Source: Patescibacteria group bacterium
Lineage (GTDB): Bacteria > Patescibacteriota > Patescibacteriia > UBA9934
Assembly: GCA_041660165.1 (NCBI GenBank)
Contig: JBAZWW010000006.1
Coordinates: 10,337 to 74,336 of the forward strand
Direction of reading: 5' to 3'
Length of the DNA: 64,000 bases
Positions 54,588-64,000 of the stretch are shown piece by piece. The first letter of the stretch is position 1. The number at the start of each line of letters is the position of its first letter. Both the position numbers and the translations under genes were made by a program. The notes under the pieces are model-generated. The model saw only the letters and a program-made list of their open reading frames with translations. It was not told the origin of the DNA and did not search any database.

Positions 54588-54618
54588 GCGGACCCTTCTG
54601 GATCCGCGTTTTGTTGTT
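54588..54618. terminator. Bidirectional intrinsic terminator (GCGGACCCTTCTGGATCCGC flanked by A- and T-tracts)
   Basis: Between the convergent LMW-PTP and tsf genes; a second 10-bp-stem hairpin lies just upstream at 54547-54576. Confidence 0.7.
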
Positions 54619-55210
54619 AGGCCCCAAGTTGCATGCGAACGAACCGTCCAATTTTGAGACTCTCGCCAATAGAGAGCACCTTGCTATCTATGAGCTGAGT
54701 GATGGTCATTGAGTCATCTTTGACGAAGGCCTGATCCATGAGACAAATTTCCGAGAAATACTTGGCCAGCTTGCCCTCAATGATCTTGGCCGTCACTTCT
54801 GCCGGCTTGCCTTCGGCTGCCAACTGCTCTTGATAGATTGCTTTCTCCCTATCAACCACCTCCTGCGGGACTTCGTCCTTGGTGCGGTACATTGGCGCCG
54901 CGGCCGCAATATGCATAGCCAGGTCCTGACAGAGGTCTTGGAACTGTGAGGTGCGGGCCACAAAGTCCGTCTCGCACATCACCTCTACCATCACTGAGAG
55001 CTTGCCTGTGCCATGCGTGTAGCAATGCACTCGGCCCTCAGCAGTTACTCTGTCAGATTTCTTAGCCGCCTTCATGGCGCCGGACTTTCGCAAAATATCA
55101 ATCGCCTTCTCCATGTCTCCGTCAGCCTCCGTGAGCGCTTTCTTGGCATCCATCATGCCCGCGCCCGTCATGTCACGCAGTTTAGCTACGTCACCTGCGG
55201 TAATTGTCAT
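54617..55210 (-). CDS. tsf: Elongation factor Ts
   Basis: MTITAGDVAKLRDMTGAGMMDAKKAL...; start reassigned to the Met preceded by AAGGAGG (7-nt spacer). Confidence 0.95.
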   Translation of the reverse strand: MTITAGDVAKLRDMTGAGMMDAKKALTEADGDMEKAIDILRKSGAMKAAKKSDRVTAEGRVHCYTHGTGKLSVMVEVMCETDFVARTSQFQDLCQDLAMHIAAAAPMYRTKDEVPQEVVDREKAIYQEQLAAEGKPAEVTAKIIEGKLAKYFSEICLMDQAFVKDDSMTITQLIDSKVLSIGESLKIGRFVRMQLGA

Positions 55211-55226
55211 AGTGTGCCTCCTTTTT

Positions 55227-56063
55227 TTAAGCCTTAGTGGCCTCACGAGCCTTGGCCGCGAGTTCTTCCTTCACTTTCTCATCCATGTCTTCAACCAGGT
55301 TCTGCGCTTTCTCAGAAACCTTCATATCCTCTTCCGCGGACTGTTGGACCGGAAGAGAAGCGGCGCGCATAGTGAGCGCTTTTTCCCCTCCTTCCTTGAC
55401 TGCCTCTGAAACAAGTTTCGTAATCATCTCGATGCTGGCGGATGCGTCATCGTTACCTGGAATGATATGCGCAATTCCGGTCGGGTTCACGTTGCTATCA
55501 ACAAGGGCCACAATTGGGATGTGAACGCTGGTCGCTTCACGAACCACGGTCTTCTCAGCACGGGCGTCAAGAATGAAGACGGCGTCAGGCAGACGGGTCA
55601 TGATAGAAATACCGCCGATCTTTTCGTCGAGTTCGGCAATTTCACGATCAAACTGCAACTGTTCCAGCTTTGTGTACTTACGCAACTCACCCTTCTCGCG
55701 CTTATCTTTAAGGTCGAGATAGTGACGGATCAAGCGCTGAATCTGTGGGAAGTTCGTCAAAGTTCCACCGAGCCAACGGACGTTCACGTACGGCATACCG
55801 CACTCTGAGGCGTACTTGGCCACAATTTCTTGCGCCTGGCGCTTGGTACCAACAAAAAGAATATTTCCGCCCTTCGCCACCACGTTCGTCACAAACGACA
55901 ACGTCTTCTCAAGCTCAATCTGCGTCTTCTCAACGTTGATGACGTGAACGCCCTGACGCTCGCCAAAAATGAACTGCTTCATCTTAGGGTGCCACTTTGA
56001 GGACTGGTGTCCAAAGTGCACGCCTGCCTTTAACATTTCAACCACGCTTGGAATCTTAACCAT
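55227..56063 (-). CDS. rpsB: 30S ribosomal protein S2 (with acidic C-terminal extension)
   Basis: 278 aa; HFGHQSSKWHPKM...; ~40-aa E/D/K-rich tail. Confidence 0.95.
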   Translation of the reverse strand: MVKIPSVVEMLKAGVHFGHQSSKWHPKMKQFIFGERQGVHVINVEKTQIELEKTLSFVTNVVAKGGNILFVGTKRQAQEIVAKYASECGMPYVNVRWLGGTLTNFPQIQRLIRHYLDLKDKREKGELRKYTKLEQLQFDREIAELDEKIGGISIMTRLPDAVFILDARAEKTVVREATSVHIPIVALVDSNVNPTGIAHIIPGNDDASASIEMITKLVSEAVKEGGEKALTMRAASLPVQQSAEEDMKVSEKAQNLVEDMDEKVKEELAAKAREATKA

Positions 56064-56228
56064 AGGTACTTTTCCTTTTTAACCTCGATCCCCGGTGGTG
56101 CGCCCGCAATGCGGGAAGGTGCAGCCACGATTTTGGTGGGAATCTGTGAGATAACATGTATTAAATGCCCCGAATGGGACGGCGGAAGAGTACGCCCGCC
56201 CTGCTGTACCGTCAAGTTTTCGCTCGGG
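56064..56228 (-). promoter_or_regulatory. rpsB-tsf promoter and ~130-nt structured leader (candidate S2 autoregulatory element)
   Basis: TTGACG-17-TACTCT on the minus strand; GC hairpins (CCCGCATTGCGGG) in the leader. The S2 leader feedback mechanism is known from other bacteria. Confidence 0.3.
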
Positions 56229-57236
56229 TTAGCGGATAAACATGGCATCACCGAACGAGAAAAAACGATAACCATTTTCCTTCGCCTCTTCGTAGGCATG
56301 CAAAATATGCTCCCGCGTAGAGAAGGCTGAGACTAAAACGAGCAACGTCGATTTCGGCAAATGGAAATTTGTGATCAAGCCGTCTATCACTTTGAACTCA
56401 AAACCCGGAGTAATGAAGATGTTTATTTCTCCTTCATATCCGGAAAGCATGCCTTGGGTCGCCACAATCCCTTCAAGCACTCGCGTCGTGGTCGTACCGA
56501 CTGCAATCACTCGGCGTCCCTCGCGCTTGGCAGTGTTGAGGCGTTCGGCGGTCTTGCTCGAAAGACTGACCCACTCTGAGTGCATCTCGTGTTCTTCGAG
56601 CGTCTCGGTCTTGACCGGACGAAACGTACCGATGCCGACGTGAAGGATGACGTGCTCGATCTGAACGCTCTTCGCTTTTATCTTTTCGAGGAGTTCCTCG
56701 GTGAAATGAAAACCCGCGGTAGGGGCCGCCACCGAGCCGACCTGCTTTGCGTAAACGGTTTGATACTGAGAGGGATCTTTTATAGAAGAAGAAACGTAGG
56801 GAGGCGTGGGGATCTGACCATGTTCATCACAAAAAGCGTGCATCTCGGGGGCGGTCATGTTGGTTCTGAGAGTGACGATTCCTAATTGCAACATTGTAGC
56901 GATAAGGAAATCATGACCGTACAAAGAGATAGTGTCCCCCGGCTTGAACTTTCGACCGGGCTTGATTAAGGCCTCGACCTCCCCATCTTTTATTCTCAAA
57001 ATGAAGACTTCAACTCCCTCCTTTAAAAGACGGGCCTTAAAGACTTTTGAGGTATTAAAAACGAGCACGTCCCCGGCCACTAGCTCGTCCAAAATGGCGT
57101 CAAAGCGGGTATGGCGGATCTCCCCCGTTATTCTATCGAGAATCATCAATTTACTGTGATCCCGAGGCTCAACCGAAGATTGGGCAATAAAATGCTCCGG
57201 AAGATCATAGGAGAAGAGGCCGATGGGCGTGGACAT
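56229..57236 (-). CDS. queA: S-adenosylmethionine:tRNA ribosyltransferase-isomerase
   Basis: 335 aa; LFSYDLPEHFIAQ..., VGTTTTRVLE. Confidence 0.9.
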   Translation of the reverse strand: MSTPIGLFSYDLPEHFIAQSSVEPRDHSKLMILDRITGEIRHTRFDAILDELVAGDVLVFNTSKVFKARLLKEGVEVFILRIKDGEVEALIKPGRKFKPGDTISLYGHDFLIATMLQLGIVTLRTNMTAPEMHAFCDEHGQIPTPPYVSSSIKDPSQYQTVYAKQVGSVAAPTAGFHFTEELLEKIKAKSVQIEHVILHVGIGTFRPVKTETLEEHEMHSEWVSLSSKTAERLNTAKREGRRVIAVGTTTTRVLEGIVATQGMLSGYEGEINIFITPGFEFKVIDGLITNFHLPKSTLLVLVSAFSTREHILHAYEEAKENGYRFFSFGDAMFIR

Positions 57237-57286
57237 AGTTGACAGAAGATAGCCTATTTTGTACTATTTCGGCAATCATTTCCCCT

Positions 57287-57601
57287 ATGAAAGCCGATAT
57301 CCACCCAAAGTATTTCCCAAACGCCGTCATCGCTTGCGCCTGCGGTGCTCAATATAAGACCGGTTCCACCCAGGAACGGATTGAGATTGAACTTTGCGCC
57401 GCCTGCCACCCATTCTTCACGGGCAAGCAAAAGATCATTGACTCCGCGCGCCGGGTGGAAAAGTTCGGCACCCGCACGGAAGCCAAATCCGTCACAGTCA
57501 AAAACGCTGCGGATAAGGCGGCAGACCGAGTTGTTCGCGCCAAGGCAAAGGAAGCGAAGCGCGCTGCCCGGGACACGAGCATCAAATCTACACGCGTTTA
57601 G
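57287..57601 (+). CDS. rpmE: 50S ribosomal protein L31 with Lys/Ala-rich C-terminal extension
   Basis: MKADIHPKY...CACGAQYK...CAACHPFFTGKQK (zinc ribbon); ~35 extra C-terminal residues. Confidence 0.9.
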   Translation: MKADIHPKYFPNAVIACACGAQYKTGSTQERIEIELCAACHPFFTGKQKIIDSARRVEKFGTRTEAKSVTVKNAADKAADRVVRAKAKEAKRAARDTSIKSTRV

Positions 57602-57664
57602 CTACGGAAAACACAACGCTTCGCCAACAGGTGAAGCGTTTTGTTATTCTATGAGCAACACCCT

Positions 57665-58753
57665 ATGGAATTCGCAAACATCATCAAAGAAAAACGTGCG
57701 GAATACGCCCGCCTAGAACAGGCCCTCATGAGTCCTGAAATTTTGGGCGATCGAAAAAAACTCAAGGAGACAAACCAGGCGTATCAAGGAATGCGCAAAA
57801 CCATTGAGGCCTCGGATGCATATGAACACGTGGTGAGCGATCTGAAATCTGCTCGCGCAACTCTGCAGGATCCGGATCCTGATATGCGCGCCCTAGCGCA
57901 AGCAGAAATTGACGAACTTGAACCAAAGCTCCCCGCGCTTGAAAAAACGCTTGAACTTGCCCTCGTTCCCAAAGATCCCATGGACGATAATGACGCGATC
58001 GTGGAAATTCGCGCCGGAGCAGGGGGTGATGAAGCCGCCCTCTTTGCATCTGAGCTATTCCGCATGTACGTACGCTATGCTGAACGTCATAACTGGAAGG
58101 CCTCGGTTATTTCCCAAAGTCAAAACGACCTGGGCGGATTTAAAGAAGTCATCCTTGAAATAAAAGGGCCGGGCGCTTACGGCACCATGAAACTTGAAAG
58201 CGGTGTCCACCGAGTACAGCGAGTGCCAGAGACTGAAAAGGCCGGGCGTATCCATACCTCGACCGTCACTGTTGCTGTTTTGCCGAAACTTGAAGAAGAG
58301 GATTTCGCCTTAAACCCCAAGGACGTTACGGTTGAAGCAACCACGAGCCAAGGCGCAGGAGGGCAGTCAGTCAACACCACCTACTCGGCCTGCAGACTTG
58401 TGCACATCCCAACGGGCACCATGGTGACCTGTCAGGACGAACGCTCCTTCAGCCAAAACAAAGAACGCGCCATGTCCGTACTCCGGGCTCGCGTCTACGC
58501 ACTTGAACAGGAAAAGAAACGCGCCGCGCTTGAAGCCGAGCGCCGGGGTCAGATTGGCACAGGCGACCGGTCCGAAAAAATCCGCACATATAACTTCCCG
58601 CAAGACCGCGTTACCGATCACCGCCTAAAACAGTCCTGGCATAATTTGCCCGGCATCATGGACGGCGATATTGCAGAAATCCTAGAAGCCTTGCGCCTGG
58701 CCAGCCGTGATGAGAAATTCGGAGCGATCTCTGAAAGTGAAGATGAAGAGTGA
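57665..58753 (+). CDS. prfA: Peptide chain release factor 1
   Basis: GGQ motif ([13 protein letters not shown]); the tripeptide anticodon region reads PET ([16 protein letters not shown]) in place of the canonical PxT (PAT/PVT). Confidence 0.9.
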   Translation: MEFANIIKEKRAEYARLEQALMSPEILGDRKKLKETNQAYQGMRKTIEASDAYEHVVSDLKSARATLQDPDPDMRALAQAEIDELEPKLPALEKTLELALVPKDPMDDNDAIVEIRAGAGGDEAALFASELFRMYVRYAERHNWKASVISQSQNDLGGFKEVILEIKGPGAYGTMKLESGVHRVQRVPETEKAGRIHTSTVTVAVLPKLEEEDFALNPKDVTVEATTSQGAGGQSVNTTYSACRLVHIPTGTMVTCQDERSFSQNKERAMSVLRARVYALEQEKKRAALEAERRGQIGTGDRSEKIRTYNFPQDRVTDHRLKQSWHNLPGIMDGDIAEILEALRLASRDEKFGAISESEDEE

Positions 58754-58761
58754 TTCTGAAC

Positions 58762-58853
58762 GGGCGGGAGCATATGTTATTTCTAAAATTTGAGTCGGCT
58801 TCGCGCTGGAAGGGCCCTCCTAAAAATTTTATAAACAACATATGCTCCCGCCC
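58762..58853. repeat. 17-bp perfect inverted repeat (GGGCGGGAGCATATGTT ... AACATATGCTCCCGCCC) with 58-nt spacer between prfA and prmC
   Basis: Read directly; predicts a long-stem hairpin in the prfA-prmC intergenic region. Confidence 0.8.
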
Positions 58854-58966
58854 TTAAAAACCCTGATCTGACGATATTCGAAGCACTTAATTCCGGGGCC
58901 GAGCAGCTCAAAGCTACTCTGCACGAAAAACACCAGGCCCCGGGCAATCCCAAGCTGGATGCTCAG

Positions 58967-59764
58967 GTGCTTTTGTCGCACCTCATCAAGAAGCCATCAA
59001 GCTATTTGTTCGCACATGGCGAAGAAGTTCTCTCGTCGGAAATCGAACATTCATACCTCGAACTCATCGCCAGGCGAACTCTTCATGAACCCGTAGCCTA
59101 CATTACGGGTGAGAAAGAATTCTTCGGCCGAGCATTCCAAGTGAACCAAGCAACCCTGATCCCTCGTCCCGAAACCGAGCTCCTAGTCGAACGTGCTCTC
59201 GATGGCGCGGGCTTTGCACCCGTGTTCGCGGACATTGGCACAGGAAGCGGAGCGATCGCCGTGACACTCGCAGCTCAATCCGGTGGGTTTGTCTTCGCAA
59301 CGGACGTCTCGAAAGACGCACTCGATGTTGCAAAAACCAACGCCGCCATACATGACGTCAGCGACCGCATCTTTTTCCTGGAAGGCGATCTCCTCCTCCC
59401 CTTTTTACAAGATCTTCAGGCCTGGATGAAGCGCGCTGAACTCAAGGCGCTGACCATTGTTGCGAACCTCCCCTATATCTCCAGACGCCAGTACGAAAAT
59501 CTGGACCCCGACGTCAAAAATTTTGAACCACAATCCGCACTGCTCGCCGGAATAGACGGACTCGACCTGTACGACCGCCTGCTCCAACAACTAAAAAACG
59601 CCCGGGGATTATTCCCCGCGCGCCTCAAGCTCCTCATGGAAATTGACCCGGCCCAATCATTTTCGGCCGTGCGCTTAGTCCTTCACTATTTCCCGCGGGC
59701 CACGACTACAACAATAAACGACCTATCAGGCAAAGCCAGAATTATTGAAGCGTTTATTCCGTAA
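58967..59764 (+). CDS. prmC: Release-factor glutamine N5-methyltransferase
   Basis: IGTGSGAIAVTLA (SAM binding), NLPY (NPPY variant). The homologous N-terminal helix (TIFEALNSGAEQLKATLHEKHQAPGNPKLDAQVLL) is encoded in-frame upstream from ~58868 but has no ATG/GTG/TTG start. Confidence 0.8.
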   Translation: MLLSHLIKKPSSYLFAHGEEVLSSEIEHSYLELIARRTLHEPVAYITGEKEFFGRAFQVNQATLIPRPETELLVERALDGAGFAPVFADIGTGSGAIAVTLAAQSGGFVFATDVSKDALDVAKTNAAIHDVSDRIFFLEGDLLLPFLQDLQAWMKRAELKALTIVANLPYISRRQYENLDPDVKNFEPQSALLAGIDGLDLYDRLLQQLKNARGLFPARLKLLMEIDPAQSFSAVRLVLHYFPRATTTTINDLSGKARIIEAFIP

Positions 59765-60746
59765 CTGCCGTGATGTCCGGTACGACCTCAATCCACGTCT
59801 TGCCGGCGTTCATCACGATCTCCTTTCCTGCTTGGTCGAAAAACTTTAAACGATCCGTGCGCGTGGGCTTTTTCCACGTTCCAACAATCTTCGTCCCGTT
59901 CTCATAAACAATGGCGTCGCCCTGGCCAACGGTGCGGATGTGACGCCGACCGGTTGCATCAACCACCGTAATGTCAGAAGCGATCACGGCAACGTTGTTC
60001 GCTTCGATGGTTGAACCGGAGCTAGTTTTTACATCTGACCAGCCGCTCATTCTGATATACAGATTCTTATCCGTTGCGTATTCCCAAATAACGTCATACA
60101 CACTGCCACTGGCCCAATTAATCTTGGGCGACAATCTTTCACCAGACGGTACGCCATCCTTGAACTGCCAAGGATCAATTATCTTTACAGTTTTGCCAAC
60201 TTCTTTGACCGCATCATCAAGCAAGGCACCCGAGGTGTAGACATTGTGCGGAGCAAAACGGTTAACCTCATCCCGCCAGAAATACTCGCTCTGAAAAAAT
60301 TGGTTCAAATCTTTGGTCGTGCCGTTTGCCTTGATGAGATCAAGGGCCTCAGGGCTGCCACCGACATGAGCATAAATCGCTCCGAGTTCGTCAGCCCAAT
60401 CCAGGTAATACGGCCGAGCAGAACGAACGGGACCGATCTTTTTTACGTCAGTCCCCTGCTCAAAGAAAGAGATGAAACGCGGAATGTTTCCTTCAACGGG
60501 CGCTTCAATCACTAGAAAAGCCTGATCAAGCCCAGACAACGGCCAGGCTTCATACGAGTTTTCAACCATGACGGCAAATACCTGAGGTAACTCAACTAAC
60601 GGCGCCGCAAGCTTGGCGCCTGTCAGCGGATTGCGATTCTCTACGGTGCTCGGTATCTGCTGGTCAATGACCGCCAACGAATTATTCTGTGCGTTGAATG
60701 ATCGGTGAAGAAAAAAAGCGGACGCGACCAGCGTGAGAAACGCCAC
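59754..60746 (-). CDS. DUF3048-domain (YerB-like) secreted/membrane-anchored protein
   Basis: 330 aa; N-terminal anchor; NPLTG, conserved RP/GLDQA-type segments of DUF3048 N- and C-domains. Confidence 0.6.
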   Translation of the reverse strand: MAFLTLVASAFFLHRSFNAQNNSLAVIDQQIPSTVENRNPLTGAKLAAPLVELPQVFAVMVENSYEAWPLSGLDQAFLVIEAPVEGNIPRFISFFEQGTDVKKIGPVRSARPYYLDWADELGAIYAHVGGSPEALDLIKANGTTKDLNQFFQSEYFWRDEVNRFAPHNVYTSGALLDDAVKEVGKTVKIIDPWQFKDGVPSGERLSPKINWASGSVYDVIWEYATDKNLYIRMSGWSDVKTSSGSTIEANNVAVIASDITVVDATGRRHIRTVGQGDAIVYENGTKIVGTWKKPTRTDRLKFFDQAGKEIVMNAGKTWIEVVPDITAVTE

Positions 60747-60887
60747 GGCACCAAGTCCGCCAAGTACCTTAGGCCATGATGCCTTTTTAGCAAAACCGAC
60801 AAACGCTCCACGGAGTTCGGGGAGCGTTTGCTTGAATCTTCCTTGAATGTATTTAATGCGGGGCGTGATAGGAGACTAGTATACCTC

Positions 60888-61607
60888 TTACTTTTTCTCC
60901 TTTTTCTCTGGCTTTTTGTCAGCCTTCTCTGTCTTGTCTCCGGCGGAAGCAGTTTCGCCCTCAGCACCCGGCTCTTCCTTCTTCTCTGTTAATACCTCAA
61001 CCTTTGAAACGTCTGCGTCAACAGCTACATCAAGTTCAGCCATTTCAGCTTCAGAACGAGGCGGTTGAACGGAAGCGACCAGCATATCCAAACCGGTCTT
61101 CAGTTCAATACCCTCTGGGACAACAACGTCCTTCACACGGAGCACCTGTTCAAAATCTGAAAGGGATGAGATATCGATAGTGATTTCGTGAACAAGCGCG
61201 TCCGGAAGCGACATCACATCTAACTCTTCCATAGCCTGCACAAGAATTCCGCCAAGAGTCTTCACGGCAAAACTCTCGCCGATAAGCTTCAACGGAATCT
61301 TGGCTTCAATCTTTCGCTTCGGGTCAACCCGGCGGAAGTCCACATGCGTGAAAAAGTCCGTCAACGGATCGCGCTGAATTTCCGCAATGAGCACAATGTG
61401 CGTCTTGCCATCTACAGCGAGTTCCACCACCGTTGATTCTCCGGACTGGGCGTAGACCTTGCCAAAAGCATTCCGATCAACTGTCAGGTTGATTGGTTCC
61501 GTTTCAAAACCGTACATCACCGCAGGGACTTTTCCCTCTGCGCGCAAAATGTTCGTTTTACCTCCCTTCTCTTGCCGGGTTACGGCTTCCATGCGTGCGT
61601 GCGTCAT
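60888..61607 (-). CDS. rplY: 50S ribosomal protein L25 / general stress protein Ctc
   Basis: MEAVTRQEKGGKTNILRAEGKVPAVMYG...; acidic/lysine-rich C-terminal tail; the upstream part of the track ORF would overlap rodA. Confidence 0.85.
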   Translation of the reverse strand: MTHARMEAVTRQEKGGKTNILRAEGKVPAVMYGFETEPINLTVDRNAFGKVYAQSGESTVVELAVDGKTHIVLIAEIQRDPLTDFFTHVDFRRVDPKRKIEAKIPLKLIGESFAVKTLGGILVQAMEELDVMSLPDALVHEITIDISSLSDFEQVLRVKDVVVPEGIELKTGLDMLVASVQPPRSEAEMAELDVAVDADVSKVEVLTEKKEEPGAEGETASAGDKTEKADKKPEKKEKK

Positions 61608-61641
61608 AATGCGCGGTATTTTACTGAAGTTGGCGGTAATG

Positions 61642-62709
61642 TCAAGTTCGAGCAGCCACACTCTCCACCGTACCTAAAAGAGCCAAAGAAAGAAGGAGTG
61701 AAGTTCCTCCATAGCTCACCAAAGGAAGCGGGATGCCTGTAGCCGGCATAACGGCCAAATTAGCCCCAATGTGGATAACGATCTGCATAAAAAAGAGAGC
61801 AAAAATACCGATCACGAGCGAAGAGGCAAAGTAATCCCGGCTTTGATAGGCAAGCTTAAGCATCCTTGATAGCAAAAGTGCATAACCGGTAAAAATGAGG
61901 AGGATGCCCAAAAATCCAAGTTCCTCGGCAATAACGGCAAAAATAAAGTCCGACTGGCTTTCCGGCAGAAAACGAAGCTGGCTCTGACTGCCACCGCCTA
62001 AACCTCGACCAATAAAACCGCCGGCTCCAATAGCCACCTCCGCCTGCAAGACGTTATAGCCGGACACGAGCGGATCTGAGGCTGGGTACAAAAAGTTTCG
62101 AATACGATCCTTTTGATAATCCTGAAAGAGCCCAAACCAACCAATCAGAAAGCCAAGGGCAACGATGGCTGCCAGAACGGCGGCGTGCCGGAGTTCAAGC
62201 CCCGCAAAGAAAGCCGTAATCGCCCAAATGCCAAGAAGCAGGATGGCACTGCCGAAATCTGGTTGAAGAAGAACAAGGAAAAGCGGAACCGCCAGACGGA
62301 TGCCGCTTCCTAAAAACTCCCGCGAACCAAACGGGCGCCGAGCATCATCTGCAAAATAGCGGGCAAGTTCCAAAATGAGGCCAAGCTTCATGACCTCAAC
62401 AGGCTGAAAAGCGAATCCACCGATGATATACCAACCAGTGGTTCCGTTTAGCGTAGAGCCAAAAAGAAAGAGGCCCAAAAGCAGAATGATTCCTCCAAAA
62501 TACGCTATCCGAGCATATGACCTGAAGAGCTGAAAGTTTGCCCGAGCAGCAAAAACACCAAGAGCAAGTCCGATGCCAAGAGCAACGAGCTGTTTTTCAA
62601 CGAACGCAAAATGCCCCCCGCGGGATAGTTCAACGGAGGCAATGGCTGCCAAGCCAAGGGAAAACAACAAAAAGGCTGCTAAGATGAGAATCCAGTCGTA
62701 CCGGCGCAT
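61642..62709 (-). CDS. SEDS-family peptidoglycan polymerase (RodA/FtsW)
   Basis: 355 aa; ~10 TM helices; QPVEVMKLGLIL, conserved C-terminal PLPLVSYGGTSLL. Confidence 0.85.
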   Translation of the reverse strand: MRRYDWILILAAFLLFSLGLAAIASVELSRGGHFAFVEKQLVALGIGLALGVFAARANFQLFRSYARIAYFGGIILLLGLFLFGSTLNGTTGWYIIGGFAFQPVEVMKLGLILELARYFADDARRPFGSREFLGSGIRLAVPLFLVLLQPDFGSAILLLGIWAITAFFAGLELRHAAVLAAIVALGFLIGWFGLFQDYQKDRIRNFLYPASDPLVSGYNVLQAEVAIGAGGFIGRGLGGGSQSQLRFLPESQSDFIFAVIAEELGFLGILLIFTGYALLLSRMLKLAYQSRDYFASSLVIGIFALFFMQIVIHIGANLAVMPATGIPLPLVSYGGTSLLLSLALLGTVESVAART

Positions 62710-62724
62710 ACAGGATCTATCCTG

Positions 62725-63618
62725 CTACGACTGAGGCTTCATGTAAACAGCGGGGTCAAACAAGTTCAGCACAGGAACAACACGGACAGTGGCACCCGTA
62801 GGAATGGTTTGGAACCAACGCACGCTGACCGGGCGGGATTCATCAGACAAAAATTGAGACAACGTGACTTCTGAAACGGAAACGGCAGACCCTCCCCGCT
62901 CAAGAAGAATGAGAAACCTTGGATCCCAATAGCTATACGCCGTCTTATTCGCCACCGTAAAATTTGTCTCCCCCAAAGCGCCATGATCAAGCGCGATACT
63001 TGAGGTAGAAACCGCGGAGATAGGGAACGCGTCATGTTCCGCCAGCCATCTAGTGATTTCCGGCACCGCGTGGCGGTCAACCCGATGCCAAGCAAGATTT
63101 TCAATCACAAGACGGGCATTGCGCGGGACAGCGTCATTCTTTATGCCAAGCTGGGCGAGCGGACGAGATTCTGAAGGATTCAAAAATCCCGGCATCTTTT
63201 CCGTTCCCCCTCCGTCAAAACTAAATGAGTAGGAAAATGTAACGTACCAGTTTGCATTTGGATTGCTGGCATCGGCCAAAAAGTCATATGCCCCCGGAGC
63301 ACCCGTCAGCGTCTTTGCGGAACCAAGCGTGAGCGATGCCGGAGCTTGGGCAAGCGATAACGAGTGTGTTGTGACAGCATTCCGCACAAGTCCAGCCGTG
63401 CTTCTCACGTCCACAAAATTTCCGGACACAATATACAAAGGAGCGCCAATGACAAAAACGACCAGGAGGGCGATATCAATCACCGCCCAAAGTCCAAAAG
63501 CCACCCGCTCCACCTTTGGAACATTCTCCAAAATAGCCACGTCTCGGCGATACTGGCTTTCAATTGCTTGATACTCTTGCTCAAGCGGGGTTTTGACAAT
63601 CTTTTTTTTCTCCTCCAT
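62725..63618 (-). CDS. Hypothetical bitopic membrane protein (cytoplasmic N-terminus, one TM, extracytoplasmic domain)
   Basis: 297 aa; immediately upstream of the SEDS gene. Confidence 0.4.
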   Translation of the reverse strand: MEEKKKIVKTPLEQEYQAIESQYRRDVAILENVPKVERVAFGLWAVIDIALLVVFVIGAPLYIVSGNFVDVRSTAGLVRNAVTTHSLSLAQAPASLTLGSAKTLTGAPGAYDFLADASNPNANWYVTFSYSFSFDGGGTEKMPGFLNPSESRPLAQLGIKNDAVPRNARLVIENLAWHRVDRHAVPEITRWLAEHDAFPISAVSTSSIALDHGALGETNFTVANKTAYSYWDPRFLILLERGGSAVSVSEVTLSQFLSDESRPVSVRWFQTIPTGATVRVVPVLNLFDPAVYMKPQS

Positions 63619-63706
63619 AAACTCATTGCTCAGGCCATTTTACCACATCTTCTCCTTGTTCGGTCTTAACGGTCATGGTAATGTATTGCCGATATCCCAT
63701 ATCCCT

Positions 63707-64000
63707 ATGCCCCCAAAACCCGACGCAAAATCATCGTCTTACAGCGCGAAAAACATTACCGTCCTTGAAGGACTTGATCCGGTGCGCAAGCGCCCGGGCA
63801 TGTACATTGGCTCAACCGGCCCAGAAGGACTTCATCATCTTATCTGGGAAGTTGTTGACAACTGTTTTGATGAAGCCATGGCCGGCCACGCCACCATGAT
63901 CACGGTTCACGTCCAGGCAGATAACTGGATGAGCGTTGAAGATGATGGCCGAGGAATCCCTGTGGACATTCACCCGGAGCAGAAAATCTCGGCCCTTGAG
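63707..64000 (+). CDS. gyrB: DNA gyrase subunit B (N-terminal fragment; continues beyond the window)
   Basis: ...[51 protein letters not shown]...[11 protein letters not shown]; frame not listed in the ORF track because it runs off the end. Confidence 0.85.
   Translation, partial: MPPKPDAKSSSYSAKNITVLEGLDPVRKRPGMYIGSTGPEGLHHLIWEVVDNCFDEAMAGHATMITVHVQADNWMSVEDDGRGIPVDIHPEQKISALE

Noticed and set aside
1-64000. CRISPR arrays, rRNA genes, integrases/transposases
   Set aside because: No arrays of regularly spaced direct repeats, no rRNA-like conserved segments and no recombinase/transposase ORFs were found. The putative island (29.6-36.6 kb) therefore lacks an identifiable mobility gene within the window.

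Overview
This 64-kb window is gene-dense, mostly minus-strand and roughly 50-60% GC. It contains no rRNA, tRNA or CRISPR. The gene content fits a small-genome bacterium, possibly a Candidate Phyla Radiation/Patescibacteria-like lineage (inference from gene content only).

(i) 0.1-17.5 kb: a large cell-envelope glycan locus. It carries three GT2 and two GT4 glycosyltransferases, plus a third GT4 at 30 kb. It also carries an RmlA-like thymidylyltransferase fused to a hexapeptide-repeat (LbH) domain, RmlD and RmlB, with no RmlC visible in the window. Further genes are a UDP-xylose-synthase-like decarboxylase, a NUDIX hydrolase, a membrane-anchored HIT hydrolase, a GT-C-like membrane protein, a CDP-alcohol phosphatidyltransferase and a DUF2304 protein. 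A RelE/ParD toxin-antitoxin pair with a perfect palindromic operator is embedded in this locus.

(ii) 17.5-27.6 kb: a surface-protein block. It holds an S8 subtilisin with FG-GAP/VCBS repeats, a TPR protein, an 882-aa protein made of tandem MopE-type putative metal-binding repeats, and a 1401-aa secreted giant protein.

(iii) 27.8-36.4 kb: an accessory-looking stretch. It has an ECF sigma/anti-sigma pair, an Xis-like HTH gene, a GT4, a C39-like peptidase, a TM0106-type RecB-like nuclease, a cyclophilin, and a tight Fic / HAD-fragment / DinD-like (Bro-N) operon. The stretch ends in an AT-rich junction.

(iv) 36.6-64 kb: housekeeping genes (def, metK, a sigma-70-family gene, a DEAD-box helicase, lexA-dinB, eno, pgk, ndh, gap, tsf, rpsB, queA, rpmE, prfA, prmC, rplY, rodA/ftsW, start of gyrB). 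Small accessory pieces are interspersed: hicAB; an unknown gene bracketed by a duplicated 64-bp terminator; duplicated promoter-plus-small-gene units; and an NYN-domain gene.

The observations most worth follow-up are as follows. Two families of intergenic structured palindromic elements recur. One has a conserved 10-nt loop and covarying stems; the other is about 72 nt long. lexA carries GTTC-N7-GTTC direct-repeat boxes overlapping its promoter. An unknown ORF is translationally coupled to dinB. A 17-bp perfect inverted repeat lies between prfA and prmC, and prmC lacks a canonical start codon. At a few homopolymer runs that cross 10-mer boundaries, my manual indexing disagreed with the ORF track by 1 nt. 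Coordinates of hand-placed motifs and of adjusted start codons may therefore be off by 1-2 nt.
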